A stretch of 64,000 nt of DNA. Source: Bacteroidales bacterium. Its GTDB lineage: Bacteria > Bacteroidota > Bacteroidia > Bacteroidales > UBA10428. The translations under genes and the position numbers were made by a program. The stretch spans positions 70,066 through 134,065 of the forward strand of contig DATGXG010000002.1 of assembly GCA_035299085.1 (NCBI GenBank), given 5' to 3'. Of this stretch, positions 16,925 through 26,868 are shown in pieces. Every line of letters starts with the position of its first letter. Within the stretch, counting starts at the first letter, position 1. Below the pieces are notes generated by a model. It had not been told where the DNA came from. It searched no databases and was given only the letters and a program-made list of their open reading frames with translations.

Positions 16925-19769
16925 AGGTGCGGCGGCAGATCTTGTTATAGGCACAATAGGTACAGGTTTTGAGGTTTTCGGTTTGAATAAAGGGAACGGT
17001 GATATCAAACAATTCTTCCAAACCTGATTTCAGCAACAATTCAAAGTCATTTTTTACAGTATTGAAATCCTGCAATGGTTCTTTTCCGTATTTAATTGAA
17101 GTGCTGAACGTTTCTTCATGACTTTGCCTGAAAAATATAAGGCCGGGGGTCAACCTGGCTCCCGGATGGGACTGGTCATAGATAAGACAATACAGCAAAA
17201 CCTGGAATGCCGCATCATTCCTGTCGTATTTGTTTCCATCGAAGAGCGATTCCATCAGTCCGAACCGGTTCTTAACTTTTCCGGTTTTATAATCGAGTAT
17301 TCTGACCATGCCGTCTTTTAAATCAACCCTGTCGATAATTCCCCCGATATTGAGGTTGAGATCCGTGCCGTTCACTGTTAAAGGAATTACTGTTTGGAAA
17401 CGGTTTTCAAGGGCAATAATACTGAAAGGAGCTGACCGGAGTTCCGATTCGAGAAACTGCCTTATATACTTGTAAATCACATGGCGTACAATCAGGTTAT
17501 ACCCTTCAATAGTCGTGTTTCCCGTCATCACCTTTGAAAATGATGCATCAAGGGCATTATTGATAAGCGCTTCGTTTTTAAGCAGTTCGGTAATATGTTC
17601 CGCGGTTATGACTGAAACGCCGAAATCTCTGTAAAGAATATTCAGACTTTCATGAAGGATGGTTCCGAACATCCTTGAATCGATTTCTGCTGAAACTTCC
17701 TCTGGTTGAGGAAGGGATGCGATATAGTGAAAGTAGAATTTAACGCCACAATTTAAATACTCATTTATAGCGCTCGGTGATAAGCATTTTCCATTTTCCT
17801 TGCAATAACCGGAAAGCAGGAAAAGGGCTTTTTCATCTTTAGGATAAGTTACAGCTTTTACAGGGATTTGCCCGACAAATGAGCTGAATTGCAATTCCTC
17901 GAACGGAAGTCGCATTTCATACTGTAACTGGTGTAGAAAACGACTTCTCTCACCTGTTTTCATTCCGCCTGAAGACGAATTATAAACCAGTGCCACATTC
18001 TGAGCCCTCTGAATCAGCCGATAGAAATAATATGCATAGATTGCATCCTGATGTTCCGGTGTAGGCAGTCCGAAACCCGACCGGAGATTATAGGGTATGA
18101 AAGACGGTTTTTCAGAAGGTTTGGGAAGAACCCCTTCATTGGCTGATAACAGGATCACATTGTTAAAATCGAGAGTCCTTGTTTCAAGTATCCCCAATAA
18201 CTGTAAACCGGCAAGCGGTTCACCGCTGAAGGGAATATGCATATTCCGGAGAATTTTACGGATCAATCTGAAAAGCACATCCCGTCCCGGTACCTCAGTT
18301 TGTTGATTCAGAATATCCTGTAGCCGCGTCAGAAAGGTATATACCTGGAATAACAACTCAATTTGCAGCGGATCGGCATGTTTGCTTCCGCTTTTTTCCC
18401 CCGGAAGATCGCGCAAAACAGAACTGATCACTTCAAGTAAATACATGCAGGCATTCTCATGGAGTCTTTCTGCAAAAATCACTTCTCCCGGTAGATCAGG
18501 AAGTATATCATCCAGGGTTACATATATCGTGTGCTCATTGGCTGCTCTTTCCCTGAAACGATCGATCACACCGGAATATCGTTTAATAAGCAGGGGATTG
18601 GTCATTACAGAAAGAACATCTTTATAATACCATTTAACCTGGCCTGAAGGGTTTGTCCTGGCGTTTTTCAGCAATTCATACAACGAATCCACCAGACTAA
18701 AAACAATAGATGTCCCAACCGGGTATCCCATGGTTACATTGACGGCAGATACAGAATCAGGCAATGCATAAAGTGCAGGCAAAAGAAGCTCCTCGTCTGC
18801 AAGAACCACCGCCGTGTTTTCTGATTCACCGGCATTAAGGTTTAGTTTATTAAAGATATGGGGTAAAGCTGATGCCTGTCCGCTGTTTGACGACACCGGA
18901 ACGAAATAAAGCTTCCTTTCAGTGTTACGCAGGTTTTCATCTGGGAGAGGTTTTGATTGTGGAAAGCTTGTGATGTTTTTGCGGATGTAAAAACCGGCTT
19001 CATGAATGTCGGTATTTGTGTACCATGTATGGTAATCCCAGAAAAAATCAGCTGATCCTGTATTTTTCAGAATGCGGAATAATCTTTCTTCACATGTATT
19101 CAGTGCATTGAATCCCACAAAAACAAACCGGGTGATTCCCGCTATGGGCAAAGGATCAGAATTTAGAATCTCAATAGCCTTCCTGTATGCCATACCTTCA
19201 TAGGCTATATTTTTTTCATTCAGAATAGCACCGAATTCTTTGTATATTCCCGAGAGTGATTCCCATAAGCTGATAAAACCTTCCTGGTTTTCAGAAATAT
19301 TTCCCGGCCTGAAAGTTTTCCAGAAGCGTTGTATATGATTGAGCTGATCTTCGGTAAGGTAGTTGAATTTACCGTCAATGGATTTAAGTCCCGACAGGTT
19401 CGTAAACAGGTCTGATGCCGGCACAAGGTACTTGTCAATTTCATCAAAATCGGCAAGCAGCGTTTCACCGTAAGGATAAAACAAATCAAAGCTTTCCGAT
19501 GAACCGGTAATCTTTCTGTAAGCATTGAACAGACTAAAAAGCAGTGTAATCCTGTCAGCCACCGAACATGTTGAAATCTTCTCCATCATTTCCACGATGG
19601 TAAGGTATTGTGGAGCCCAAACCGGCTTATGTGTGATTTCTCCCATATACCGGCTGAGATACAGCCTGGCCCTCTTGTTTGGGAAAACTACGCATGTCTC
19701 TGAAAGATTGTATTCTTCTGAATTCAGTAATATGCGGGCAATTTCCTTAAGAAATGGAGTGGATGACAT
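16923..19769 (-). CDS. PD-(D/E)XK nuclease family protein, AddB/RexB-like (inactivated helicase-like N-terminus plus C-terminal nuclease with a Cys cluster)
   Basis: About 948 aa. C-terminal RILDYKTGK nuclease-type motif and [10 protein letters not shown] cysteine cluster. Start moved to ATG 19769 because a -7 box overlaps the GTG at 19793. Confidence 0.7.
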   Translation of the reverse strand: MSSTPFLKEIARILLNSEEYNLSETCVVFPNKRARLYLSRYMGEITHKPVWAPQYLTIVEMMEKISTCSVADRITLLFSLFNAYRKITGSSESFDLFYPYGETLLADFDEIDKYLVPASDLFTNLSGLKSIDGKFNYLTEDQLNHIQRFWKTFRPGNISENQEGFISLWESLSGIYKEFGAILNEKNIAYEGMAYRKAIEILNSDPLPIAGITRFVFVGFNALNTCEERLFRILKNTGSADFFWDYHTWYTNTDIHEAGFYIRKNITSFPQSKPLPDENLRNTERKLYFVPVSSNSGQASALPHIFNKLNLNAGESENTAVVLADEELLLPALYALPDSVSAVNVTMGYPVGTSIVFSLVDSLYELLKNARTNPSGQVKWYYKDVLSVMTNPLLIKRYSGVIDRFRERAANEHTIYVTLDDILPDLPGEVIFAERLHENACMYLLEVISSVLRDLPGEKSGSKHADPLQIELLFQVYTFLTRLQDILNQQTEVPGRDVLFRLIRKILRNMHIPFSGEPLAGLQLLGILETRTLDFNNVILLSANEGVLPKPSEKPSFIPYNLRSGFGLPTPEHQDAIYAYYFYRLIQRAQNVALVYNSSSGGMKTGERSRFLHQLQYEMRLPFEELQFSSFVGQIPVKAVTYPKDEKALFLLSGYCKENGKCLSPSAINEYLNCGVKFYFHYIASLPQPEEVSAEIDSRMFGTILHESLNILYRDFGVSVITAEHITELLKNEALINNALDASFSKVMTGNTTIEGYNLIVRHVIYKYIRQFLESELRSAPFSIIALENRFQTVIPLTVNGTDLNLNIGGIIDRVDLKDGMVRILDYKTGKVKNRFGLMESLFDGNKYDRNDAAFQVLLYCLIYDQSHPGARLTPGLIFFRQSHEETFSTSIKYGKEPLQDFNTVKNDFELLLKSGLEELFDITVPFIQTENLKTCTYCAYNKICRRT

Positions 19770-19792
19770 GCTGCAGATATTTTCCCTGCTCA

Positions 19793-19800
19793 CAAAAATA
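19793..19800 (-). promoter_or_regulatory. Candidate -7 box (TATTTTTG on the minus strand)
   Basis: The plus strand reads CAAAAATA, 24 nt upstream of the ATG at 19769. Confidence 0.4.
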
Positions 19801-19869
19801 GGATTAATAAGTATAATTTATTTAAAAGATTTTTATCTTTAAAGAGGATTTAATCCCAAGACTGAAATC

Positions 19870-20151
19870 ATGTTAAATGAAAATGAAGTAGTAATGCTGA
19901 TTCTTGGAATTGGCGTACTTTTTCTGATCATTATGAATTTAGATCATATAAGGAAAATCAATTCATGGGTTTTCCTTATTGCATCGTATTGTTTTCTCCT
20001 CACCGCTTGGGTATTCACTGTTCTTGAAGGCTTTTTCCTTGAAAATCTGCTTAACTTTTCCGAACATATTTCTTATGCTGTAAGTTCTGTTCTTCTTCTG
20101 ATCTGGTGTCACAAAGCTACTCAAAAGAAAAAACAGGAGGCTAAAGCATGA
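19870..20151 (+). CDS. Small three-TM membrane protein, translationally coupled to the following sensor kinase
   Basis: 93 aa with three hydrophobic segments. Its stop overlaps the kinase start (ATGA at 20148-20151). Confidence 0.5.
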   Translation: MLNENEVVMLILGIGVLFLIIMNLDHIRKINSWVFLIASYCFLLTAWVFTVLEGFFLENLLNFSEHISYAVSSVLLLIWCHKATQKKKQEAKA

Positions 20152-22463
20152 ACGGAATTGCCGGACTTGACATCTTCAGTTTTTCAATCCTTTTCATGGG
20201 ACTTTTGTTCCTGTTTTTCAGATCTGCAACGCCTACCCGTGACATCCGGTTTCTTCTTGGCCTCTTAATTACAGATACACTGGCTTATGTTTTTTTCATG
20301 ATACTGGAATGGCTTAACATTACTCACCAGCTTGAATCGGTTGAAAATCTTGTCGGCGCTTCTGTTCCGATGATGTGGGCTTTCTTTATTTATTCTATTA
20401 TTCAGAACGGTATTACTAAGGACCTGGCTATAAACCGTGAAAATCTGAGGATTACGCTCAACTCAATAGGTGATGCGGTGATTGCAACAGACGTTAAAGG
20501 CAGGATCACTCAACTGAATCCCGCTGCAGAATCACTTCTCAGCTTAAAAGTAAGCGATTGCCTGGGGAAGAGAACAGAAGAGTTATTCACCTTCATTGAA
20601 ATTTCAACACGAAAAAAAATAAGCAATCCGATTGAGAGAGTGCTGGAATCAGGAAAACTGATCAAAATCGGACTGAATACCGTTCTCCAGACAAAATCGA
20701 ATAAGGAGTTTTATATTTCGGACAGCGCCGCTCCCATTTATAATGATCATAATGAAATCTGCGGGGTTGTGCTTGTATTCAGCGACATGACGGAACGTTT
20801 CAGGCAGGAAGAAAAAATACGCCAGCATGAGGAGCGGTTCAAACTGGCCATTGGAGCATCAAAAGCCGCATTGTGGGATTGGTTCTTTGATACAGGCAAA
20901 GTGGTATATGATGACCGTTGGGCTGAAATAATCGGATATACTCTGCAAGAACTTGAACCTCTCACAATGGATACCTGGCGTAAACGTGTGCATCCGGGTG
21001 ATCTCATTAACCTTGAGGAACTCATTGAAGCACATTCACGCGGAACAATTGATTTTATTGAACATGAGAGCCGGCTGAAACATAAGAACGGTGAATGGAT
21101 ATGGGTGATAGCCCGCGGGAGAATAGTTCAGCGGGATAAACAGAATAACCCGTTGCGAATGACAGGCACATTGATCGATATCTCACGGCAAAAGAAAAAT
21201 GAAGATGATCTGAAGGCTCAGATTGAACAAAACCGGATGCTTAACCAGGAATATGCTCAAAAAAACAAAGAACTTATTGAAAGCATTGATCATATAAGGA
21301 AAATAAATGCAGAACTTGTTGAAGCCAGGATGAACGCAGAAGAAAGCTATAAACTCAAATCTGCTTTCCTGGCCAATATGAGCCATGAAATCCGCACTCC
21401 GATGAATGGAATCATCGGGTTTTCAGAACTCCTTAATGATTCAAAAATTCCCGAGGATAAACGGATTAATTACGCCGGAATAGTAATTGACAGCAGCAAA
21501 CAACTGTTGAACATAGTTAATGATATCCTTGATTTCTCACGGATGGAAACTGGTAAGATTTCCCTGTCCTTTGAAGAAGTTGTGGTGAATGATATGATGA
21601 ACATATTATATGCCTTTTTTGAGCCACAGGCAAAGGCAAAATCATTGAAACTTACAGCTTACAAACCTCTGAGCAATGATAAAAGCGTTATTATAACCGA
21701 TAAAACGCGTTTAAGACAGATTCTTACAAACCTCCTGAACAATGCAATCAAGTTCACAGATCAAGGCAGTGTTGAATTCGGTTATAAGAAAAGCAGGACT
21801 GAAATTGAATTCTTTGTGGAAGATACCGGAATAGGCATTTCCCCGGAACTACATGAAAAAATATTCGAACCGTTCAGGCAGGCTGAACTGGAAATAAGCA
21901 ACCAGTTTGGAGGAACAGGATTGGGATTGAGCATTTCAAGAAAACTTACAGAGTACCTGGATGGAAAGATATGGCTGGATTCGAAACCCGGTGCAGGTTC
22001 AACATTTCATTTTACATTGCCTTTAAAACCGGATAAATCAGGTGATACAAAAATCAGAAGTGAAAAAAGATTGCCAAATAAAAAAATGTATAATATGTTA
22101 GTTCTTGTTGTGGAAGATGATGATGTCAACTACCTGTTTCTTGAAACCATCCTGTCAAAAAGCCAGATCAAAACAATCCGGGCAGCCAACGGATTGGAAG
22201 CTGTCGAACTCTGTCGTCAGAATCAGGATATAAACCTTGTTCTGATGGATATCAAGCTCCCTTTCTTAAACGGATACGACGCGACCCGTCAGATTAAGGA
22301 GTTCCGACCGCAACTGCCCATTATTGCCCAGACAGCCTACGCGATGCATGAGGACAGAAAAAAAGCCATGGATGCAGGTTGCAATGGATATATTTCAAAA
22401 CCCATCATTGCAACTGAATTGTTTAATCTTATTGACACCTACGGGAAGAAAATGTCATCCTGA
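20148..22463 (+). CDS. Hybrid sensor histidine kinase/response regulator (about 4 TM, 2 PAS/PAC, HisKA, HATPase, REC)
   Basis: 771 aa. H-box SHEIRTPMNGI, G-boxes DTGIGI/GGTGLGL, REC with LVLMDIKLP...AQTAYAM. Confidence 0.9.
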   Translation: MNGIAGLDIFSFSILFMGLLFLFFRSATPTRDIRFLLGLLITDTLAYVFFMILEWLNITHQLESVENLVGASVPMMWAFFIYSIIQNGITKDLAINRENLRITLNSIGDAVIATDVKGRITQLNPAAESLLSLKVSDCLGKRTEELFTFIEISTRKKISNPIERVLESGKLIKIGLNTVLQTKSNKEFYISDSAAPIYNDHNEICGVVLVFSDMTERFRQEEKIRQHEERFKLAIGASKAALWDWFFDTGKVVYDDRWAEIIGYTLQELEPLTMDTWRKRVHPGDLINLEELIEAHSRGTIDFIEHESRLKHKNGEWIWVIARGRIVQRDKQNNPLRMTGTLIDISRQKKNEDDLKAQIEQNRMLNQEYAQKNKELIESIDHIRKINAELVEARMNAEESYKLKSAFLANMSHEIRTPMNGIIGFSELLNDSKIPEDKRINYAGIVIDSSKQLLNIVNDILDFSRMETGKISLSFEEVVVNDMMNILYAFFEPQAKAKSLKLTAYKPLSNDKSVIITDKTRLRQILTNLLNNAIKFTDQGSVEFGYKKSRTEIEFFVEDTGIGISPELHEKIFEPFRQAELEISNQFGGTGLGLSISRKLTEYLDGKIWLDSKPGAGSTFHFTLPLKPDKSGDTKIRSEKRLPNKKMYNMLVLVVEDDDVNYLFLETILSKSQIKTIRAANGLEAVELCRQNQDINLVLMDIKLPFLNGYDATRQIKEFRPQLPIIAQTAYAMHEDRKKAMDAGCNGYISKPIIATELFNLIDTYGKKMSS

Positions 22464-22488
22464 AGGGGAGACATATGATTAAACCGGT

Positions 22489-23733
22489 ATGAAAGATTAC
22501 TATCAGATCCTGCGTGTAAGACCTGATGCTTCAATCGATGAAATCAAACAGTCATACCGGTTGCTTGCCAAAGAATACCATCCCGATGTAAACAAATCAC
22601 CCGACGCCCAGGAAAAATTCTGTGAAATCACCGAGGCTTATGATTACCTGATCAATCATGTAAAACGGCCTGTTTTTACAAGAACATATGAATCATACCC
22701 TCATGCGCCTCAAAATAACGAGGCCTATGAGAAATTCGTGAATGAAGCCCGTGAACGCGCCAGACGACAGGCAAGGATGCGTTATGAAAAATTCAAAAAA
22801 CAGCATGAAGCCTTCCAGGAGAGCGGAATAAATGATATAGCCCTCTTGTTCACTATGTTTATGAGGCTATTCAGTCTTTTTCTGTTTATTTTCCTATGTT
22901 TTACACCCATTGTGCTGGCTTTTGCCATACACTGGAGTGGTATCCTTGTTTTATTCCTTACCTGGCCGTTTGCCTTCGGTATTGGCTGGTATTATCATGA
23001 CAACCGCAAAAACTATTTCAAACCCGGTGAATTTTACTATTCCTTCAGCCGGATCATGAACAAGATAAAGAGTACCCATCCCTCTGCGGAAAAATGTTTT
23101 TACTGTCCGGGTAAAACTGCTAATTCGTCACCTTACAAGCTTGAATTACTTAAGTTGCAGGATATTAAACTGAATAAAGACAGCAATATTCTCAGAAGTG
23201 CTAACTATGTAACCAGGAGTATCAGTATTTTTGTTCCCCGGTCACAAAAAGCCCTGGTCATTCATACCCTGACGGTTCTTATAAAAGTGCTTTGTATAAC
23301 AGGTTGTTTAGTTTTTCTGAATTTTCCAAGCCTTGTATGGCGACTGATTGCCGGATTTGCAGGAGCAGCTTTTCTATCCGGGATACTACTGACAGCTTTC
23401 AGTACCAGGTCGAATATAAGCTATCTTTATAATACCGGCTTTTTTATCAGAATTTCCATTTGGCTTACAGCCATCTGTTTGGCTTCCAGGTTCAATATCG
23501 ATCCGCTGAGAATTTATACTACCGATGCAATCCATTTCATCATTGCAGTTATACTGATGTGTGATTGCCTGGTTATGCAGCTGATCAATGTTGTATTGGG
23601 CAAATCAGCATCCTATCCGGTTTCATATCAGCCCCCTGAAATCATTCAGAAATTCAATGAAGGATACAGGGCATACAACGATATACCCCTGATATCTATC
23701 ATGTACCCAGTTTTTAAGTGGATCTTCGGCTAA
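22489..23733 (+). CDS. J-domain (DnaJ-like) polytopic membrane protein
   Basis: 414 aa. N-terminal DYYQILRV...YHPDVNK with HPD motif, followed by multiple TM segments. Confidence 0.8.
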   Translation: MKDYYQILRVRPDASIDEIKQSYRLLAKEYHPDVNKSPDAQEKFCEITEAYDYLINHVKRPVFTRTYESYPHAPQNNEAYEKFVNEARERARRQARMRYEKFKKQHEAFQESGINDIALLFTMFMRLFSLFLFIFLCFTPIVLAFAIHWSGILVLFLTWPFAFGIGWYYHDNRKNYFKPGEFYYSFSRIMNKIKSTHPSAEKCFYCPGKTANSSPYKLELLKLQDIKLNKDSNILRSANYVTRSISIFVPRSQKALVIHTLTVLIKVLCITGCLVFLNFPSLVWRLIAGFAGAAFLSGILLTAFSTRSNISYLYNTGFFIRISIWLTAICLASRFNIDPLRIYTTDAIHFIIAVILMCDCLVMQLINVVLGKSASYPVSYQPPEIIQKFNEGYRAYNDIPLISIMYPVFKWIFG

Positions 23734-23736
23734 AAG

Positions 23737-25635
23737 TCATTGCTTAAACCATACCATCATTTTCTGCGGACCCCTGTTAGCCCATGCATAGTAAGGAATG
23801 GCCGTGAATTCATTTGTTTTGATTTCTGAAATACCGGATAAAACGCCGGGAACAAATTCGGGTTTCATGTTCTGTGAAGAAATGATTTCCGGTATTTTTC
23901 CATCCGGGTAATCAGCGCTTTCGGCACAATATACAAGCGGACCTCTTTCAATTGCCACTCTGCCTGCATCCGCAATAACCTGCGAATTAGCCCTGACATA
24001 CCTGACAGGCATCGGCAGGGTAAGTGAAAGCACATCACCGGTTTTCCAGCGCCGGGCTACTATGGCGTAACCTTTTTGAATCACGTATTTTACCGGGCTC
24101 CCATTCACAGTAAGTTCAATTTTTGATGAATCGGGAGAAGTGAATTCATATAAATTACCGGGTACGGGTTGATTCCTGGCCCAGCCGGGAATTCTTAAAG
24201 CCAGTTCGAGTTTTTCACTTTCTTCAGGTGAAATTTCAAAATCTACTTTGCCATCCCATGGATAGGAAGTTTTTTGCTCAATATTCACGGTGTTTCCATC
24301 GAGTTCGATTTCGGCATTGCTTCCTATGAAAAGATTCACATAAATCCTGTCAGTTGTATGTGCATATACATAGCCGGGAACGGACGGTATAAAGCGGCAA
24401 AGATTACTGGGACAGCAAGCACAGCCAAACCATTCGCTGCGTTCATACTTTCCATCCGATTCAAGAGGATTGGGATAAAAGAAATGATCTCCGCTCAGTG
24501 AAATACCGGAAATAAGTCCGTTGTAAAGCACCCTCTCAAGGACATCATAATAAGAAGACTCACCTTTAAGTAAGAACATTCTTGAATTCCAGTACACCTC
24601 GCCTATTGAAGCACAAGTTTCATTATAAGCCGTGAGATTGGGTAATTCATAGGCCGGACCGAAACCTTCGTGACCTGCTTCTGCACCGATTCCGCCAGTG
24701 ATATAGAATTTTGTCGAAATCAGATCGCTCCATATTTTATCCAGTGCTTTAACATACGAGGAATCTCCTGTCATGGCAGCCACATCAGCCATACCTGAAT
24801 ACATGTACATGGCCCTAACGGCATGACCAACTGCCTTCGTCTGCTCTGTAACCTTAATATGATCCTGGCTGTATTCGGTTCCTTTTCCTCTTATATCAAG
24901 AAAATACTTTGCCAGGTCGAGATATTCCTTTTTCCCGGTGACACGGTACATTTTAACCAGTCCCATTTCAACTACCTGGTGACCAGGTTCATAAGCAAGC
25001 TTTCCCGGTCCGAAATCCTTAACCAGCAGGTCAGCACTTTTAATGGCTATATCAAGAAGAGTTCTTTTACCGGTAGCCTGGTAATGCGCAACAGCTGCCT
25101 CATAAAGGTGTCCGAGATTATATAATTCATGGCTGCCCGTAGGATCACCTTCCCATCTTTTCTTACCTGCCCACGGATGAAGATGAGTAGAATCAATTGT
25201 GCGGTTTGTATACAAATAGCCGTCCGGTTCCTGCGCTTTGCCGATATAATAAATCAGGGTATCGATTCTTGCTTCCAAAAGGGAGTCCGGGAATGTTTGA
25301 AGAGAATAACTGGCACCTTCGATAATTTTATAGATATCCGAATCATCAAAAGGAAACTGCGTGCAAAAGTTACCCTGGCGGATACGGGCTGCAAACAGGA
25401 AATTATTCACCCTGCCGGTTTTATAGCACTGGTCGAGGGCAATGGGAATAGTCACCTCATGATTGATCTTCAACCGGGGAGCCCAGAATTGGTCATTAAC
25501 CTGCACCGAAGTAAAGGGAACCGGAATGATAGGATAGTCTTTCTTAGCGGTTTGCTTTTCTTTGTTACATCCTATGGTTAAGCTCACACTGAAAAGTATG
25601 GCAAACAATAATGATCCTGAAAATAGTGCTTTCAT
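23737..25635 (-). CDS. Glycoside hydrolase family 127 (beta-L-arabinofuranosidase-like, DUF1680) lipoprotein
   Basis: The MKALFSGSLLFAILFSVSLTIGC lipobox start is preferred over the upstream ATG at 25689. GH127-like blocks and C-terminal Cys motifs CASIGE...FGCACCPSN are present. Confidence 0.8.
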   Translation of the reverse strand: MKALFSGSLLFAILFSVSLTIGCNKEKQTAKKDYPIIPVPFTSVQVNDQFWAPRLKINHEVTIPIALDQCYKTGRVNNFLFAARIRQGNFCTQFPFDDSDIYKIIEGASYSLQTFPDSLLEARIDTLIYYIGKAQEPDGYLYTNRTIDSTHLHPWAGKKRWEGDPTGSHELYNLGHLYEAAVAHYQATGKRTLLDIAIKSADLLVKDFGPGKLAYEPGHQVVEMGLVKMYRVTGKKEYLDLAKYFLDIRGKGTEYSQDHIKVTEQTKAVGHAVRAMYMYSGMADVAAMTGDSSYVKALDKIWSDLISTKFYITGGIGAEAGHEGFGPAYELPNLTAYNETCASIGEVYWNSRMFLLKGESSYYDVLERVLYNGLISGISLSGDHFFYPNPLESDGKYERSEWFGCACCPSNLCRFIPSVPGYVYAHTTDRIYVNLFIGSNAEIELDGNTVNIEQKTSYPWDGKVDFEISPEESEKLELALRIPGWARNQPVPGNLYEFTSPDSSKIELTVNGSPVKYVIQKGYAIVARRWKTGDVLSLTLPMPVRYVRANSQVIADAGRVAIERGPLVYCAESADYPDGKIPEIISSQNMKPEFVPGVLSGISEIKTNEFTAIPYYAWANRGPQKMMVWFKQ

Positions 25636-25673
25636 ATAGAAATAAATTAGGCCGGTTAATCCCATAAAATTAA

Positions 25674-25681
25674 TAAATTTG
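25674..25681 (+). promoter_or_regulatory. Candidate -7 box (TAAATTTG) for the NIPSNAP gene
   Basis: 29 nt upstream of the ATG at 25710. It lies inside the rejected 5' extension of the GH127 ORF. Confidence 0.45.
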
Positions 25682-25709
25682 AAATGCAACAGTCATTTCA
25701 AATTAAATT

Positions 25710-26483
25710 ATGAAAAGAAGATCATTTATTAAAAGTTCGGCTTTGTTAGCCGGAAGTGCCGCAGTCACTATTCCTGCAACAGCTGCCATGAATGCCGGTA
25801 TAAATCAAAAATGCATTTACGAGTGGAGAGTTTACCATCTCTCACGCACCGGAAATGCAAAAGGCCAATTGATGGACTTCTTTAAAGAAGCTCTGATCCC
25901 CTTTCTGAATAAGAGGAATTGTTCCTTAGCGGCTTTTAATGATTACAGTCTTGAGGAGCCGGCTAAACTTTACGTGTTAATCTCCTACCCTGATTCAAAA
26001 GCATATTTTGATTTTCGTGCGGAGATGATGACGGACAATGATTTTCTTGTTGCTTCAAAAAAGTATAACAGCTTACCGGCATCCGGAGCCTTGTATAACC
26101 GGTATGAAACCTTCGTGCTGGAGGCATTCGACAGGTATCCGAATGTTGTTTTTCAAAATGACAAAAAGGGATTGTTTGAACTGAGGCTTTATGAAAGTGC
26201 CAGTGAAGATGCCGGAAGAAGAAAAATTAAAATGTTCAATTCCGAGGAAATCGACCTGTTTCTGAAGGTGGGATTAGATCCTGTATTTTTTGGAAAAATA
26301 ATTGGGGGCCAGTACATGCCGGCTTTGCTGTATATGGTAGGATTTAAGGATATGGCCGACCGTGATGCAACCTGGGGCGTTTTTGGAGGTCATCCCGATT
26401 GGAAAGCCATGAGCAGCAAACCGGAATATGCCGACACGGTGAGCAATATCCAGAGGATTTTTCTGACGCTGGAGATAGTTTGA
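25710..26483 (+). CDS. NIPSNAP family protein with a twin-arginine signal peptide
   Basis: 257 aa. MKRRSFIKSSALLAGSAAV Tat-type signal, then two NIPSNAP-like halves (YEWRVYHL..., FELRLYES...). Confidence 0.7.
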   Translation: MKRRSFIKSSALLAGSAAVTIPATAAMNAGINQKCIYEWRVYHLSRTGNAKGQLMDFFKEALIPFLNKRNCSLAAFNDYSLEEPAKLYVLISYPDSKAYFDFRAEMMTDNDFLVASKKYNSLPASGALYNRYETFVLEAFDRYPNVVFQNDKKGLFELRLYESASEDAGRRKIKMFNSEEIDLFLKVGLDPVFFGKIIGGQYMPALLYMVGFKDMADRDATWGVFGGHPDWKAMSSKPEYADTVSNIQRIFLTLEIV

Positions 26484-26550
26484 ACAGCCTCGTCATTGCG
26501 AGTAATCAAACCTATTTTTAAAGATCACCCTGTGATATGACAACATATTT

Positions 26551-26642
26551 ACACAGAGATTCACAGAGGCACCACAGAGATTCACAGAGAAAAAATCTGT
26601 TTTCTCCGTGGTTCTCTGTGTCTGCTCTGTGGTTCTCTGTGT
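26551..26642. repeat. Imperfect 92-nt palindrome built from CACAGAGA/TCTCTGTG words
   Basis: acacagagattcacagaggcaccacagagattcacagagaaaa / ttttctccgtggttctctgtgtctgctctgtggttctctgtgt. By eye the arms are about 75 percent complementary. Confidence 0.75.
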
Positions 26643-26664
26643 AATAATGGTGAGGAAAACAAGT

Positions 26665-26868
26665 CGTCATTAGTAGGAGCGTGAATTAAATCTGATTATA
26701 GTACTATGTTTATCGCGACGAAGCAATCTGCCAGCACAGGTAGGACATCACAAGGAGTACAGCCACTATTCTGTCTGTCTTTGTAAGGCTTTACCTGTTC
26801 GGGCAGATTGCTTCGTCTCAAATACTTTCAACTATAATCAAAGTTCGGTTACGCTCCTCGCAATGACG
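26665..26868. repeat. Complete copy of a nested palindromic REP/MITE-like element (outer boxes A/A', inner boxes B/B', central hairpin)
   Basis: A cgtcattagtaggagcg (26665) ... tgattatagt ... B gcgacgaagcaatctgcc ... centre ... B' ggcagattgcttcgtc ... actataatca ... A' cgctcctcgcaatgacg (26852-26868). Confidence 0.8.

Noticed and set aside
25636-25689. 5' extensions offered by the ORF track (GH127 to 25689; also 30563, 33643, 38311, 44098, 54512, 60688, 63873, 19793, 8727)
   Set aside because: The extensions begin at TTG/GTG or run through -7 promoter boxes, repeat elements or the upstream gene. Downstream ATGs give the conserved N-termini (lipobox, GntR HTH, PP-loop, etc.).
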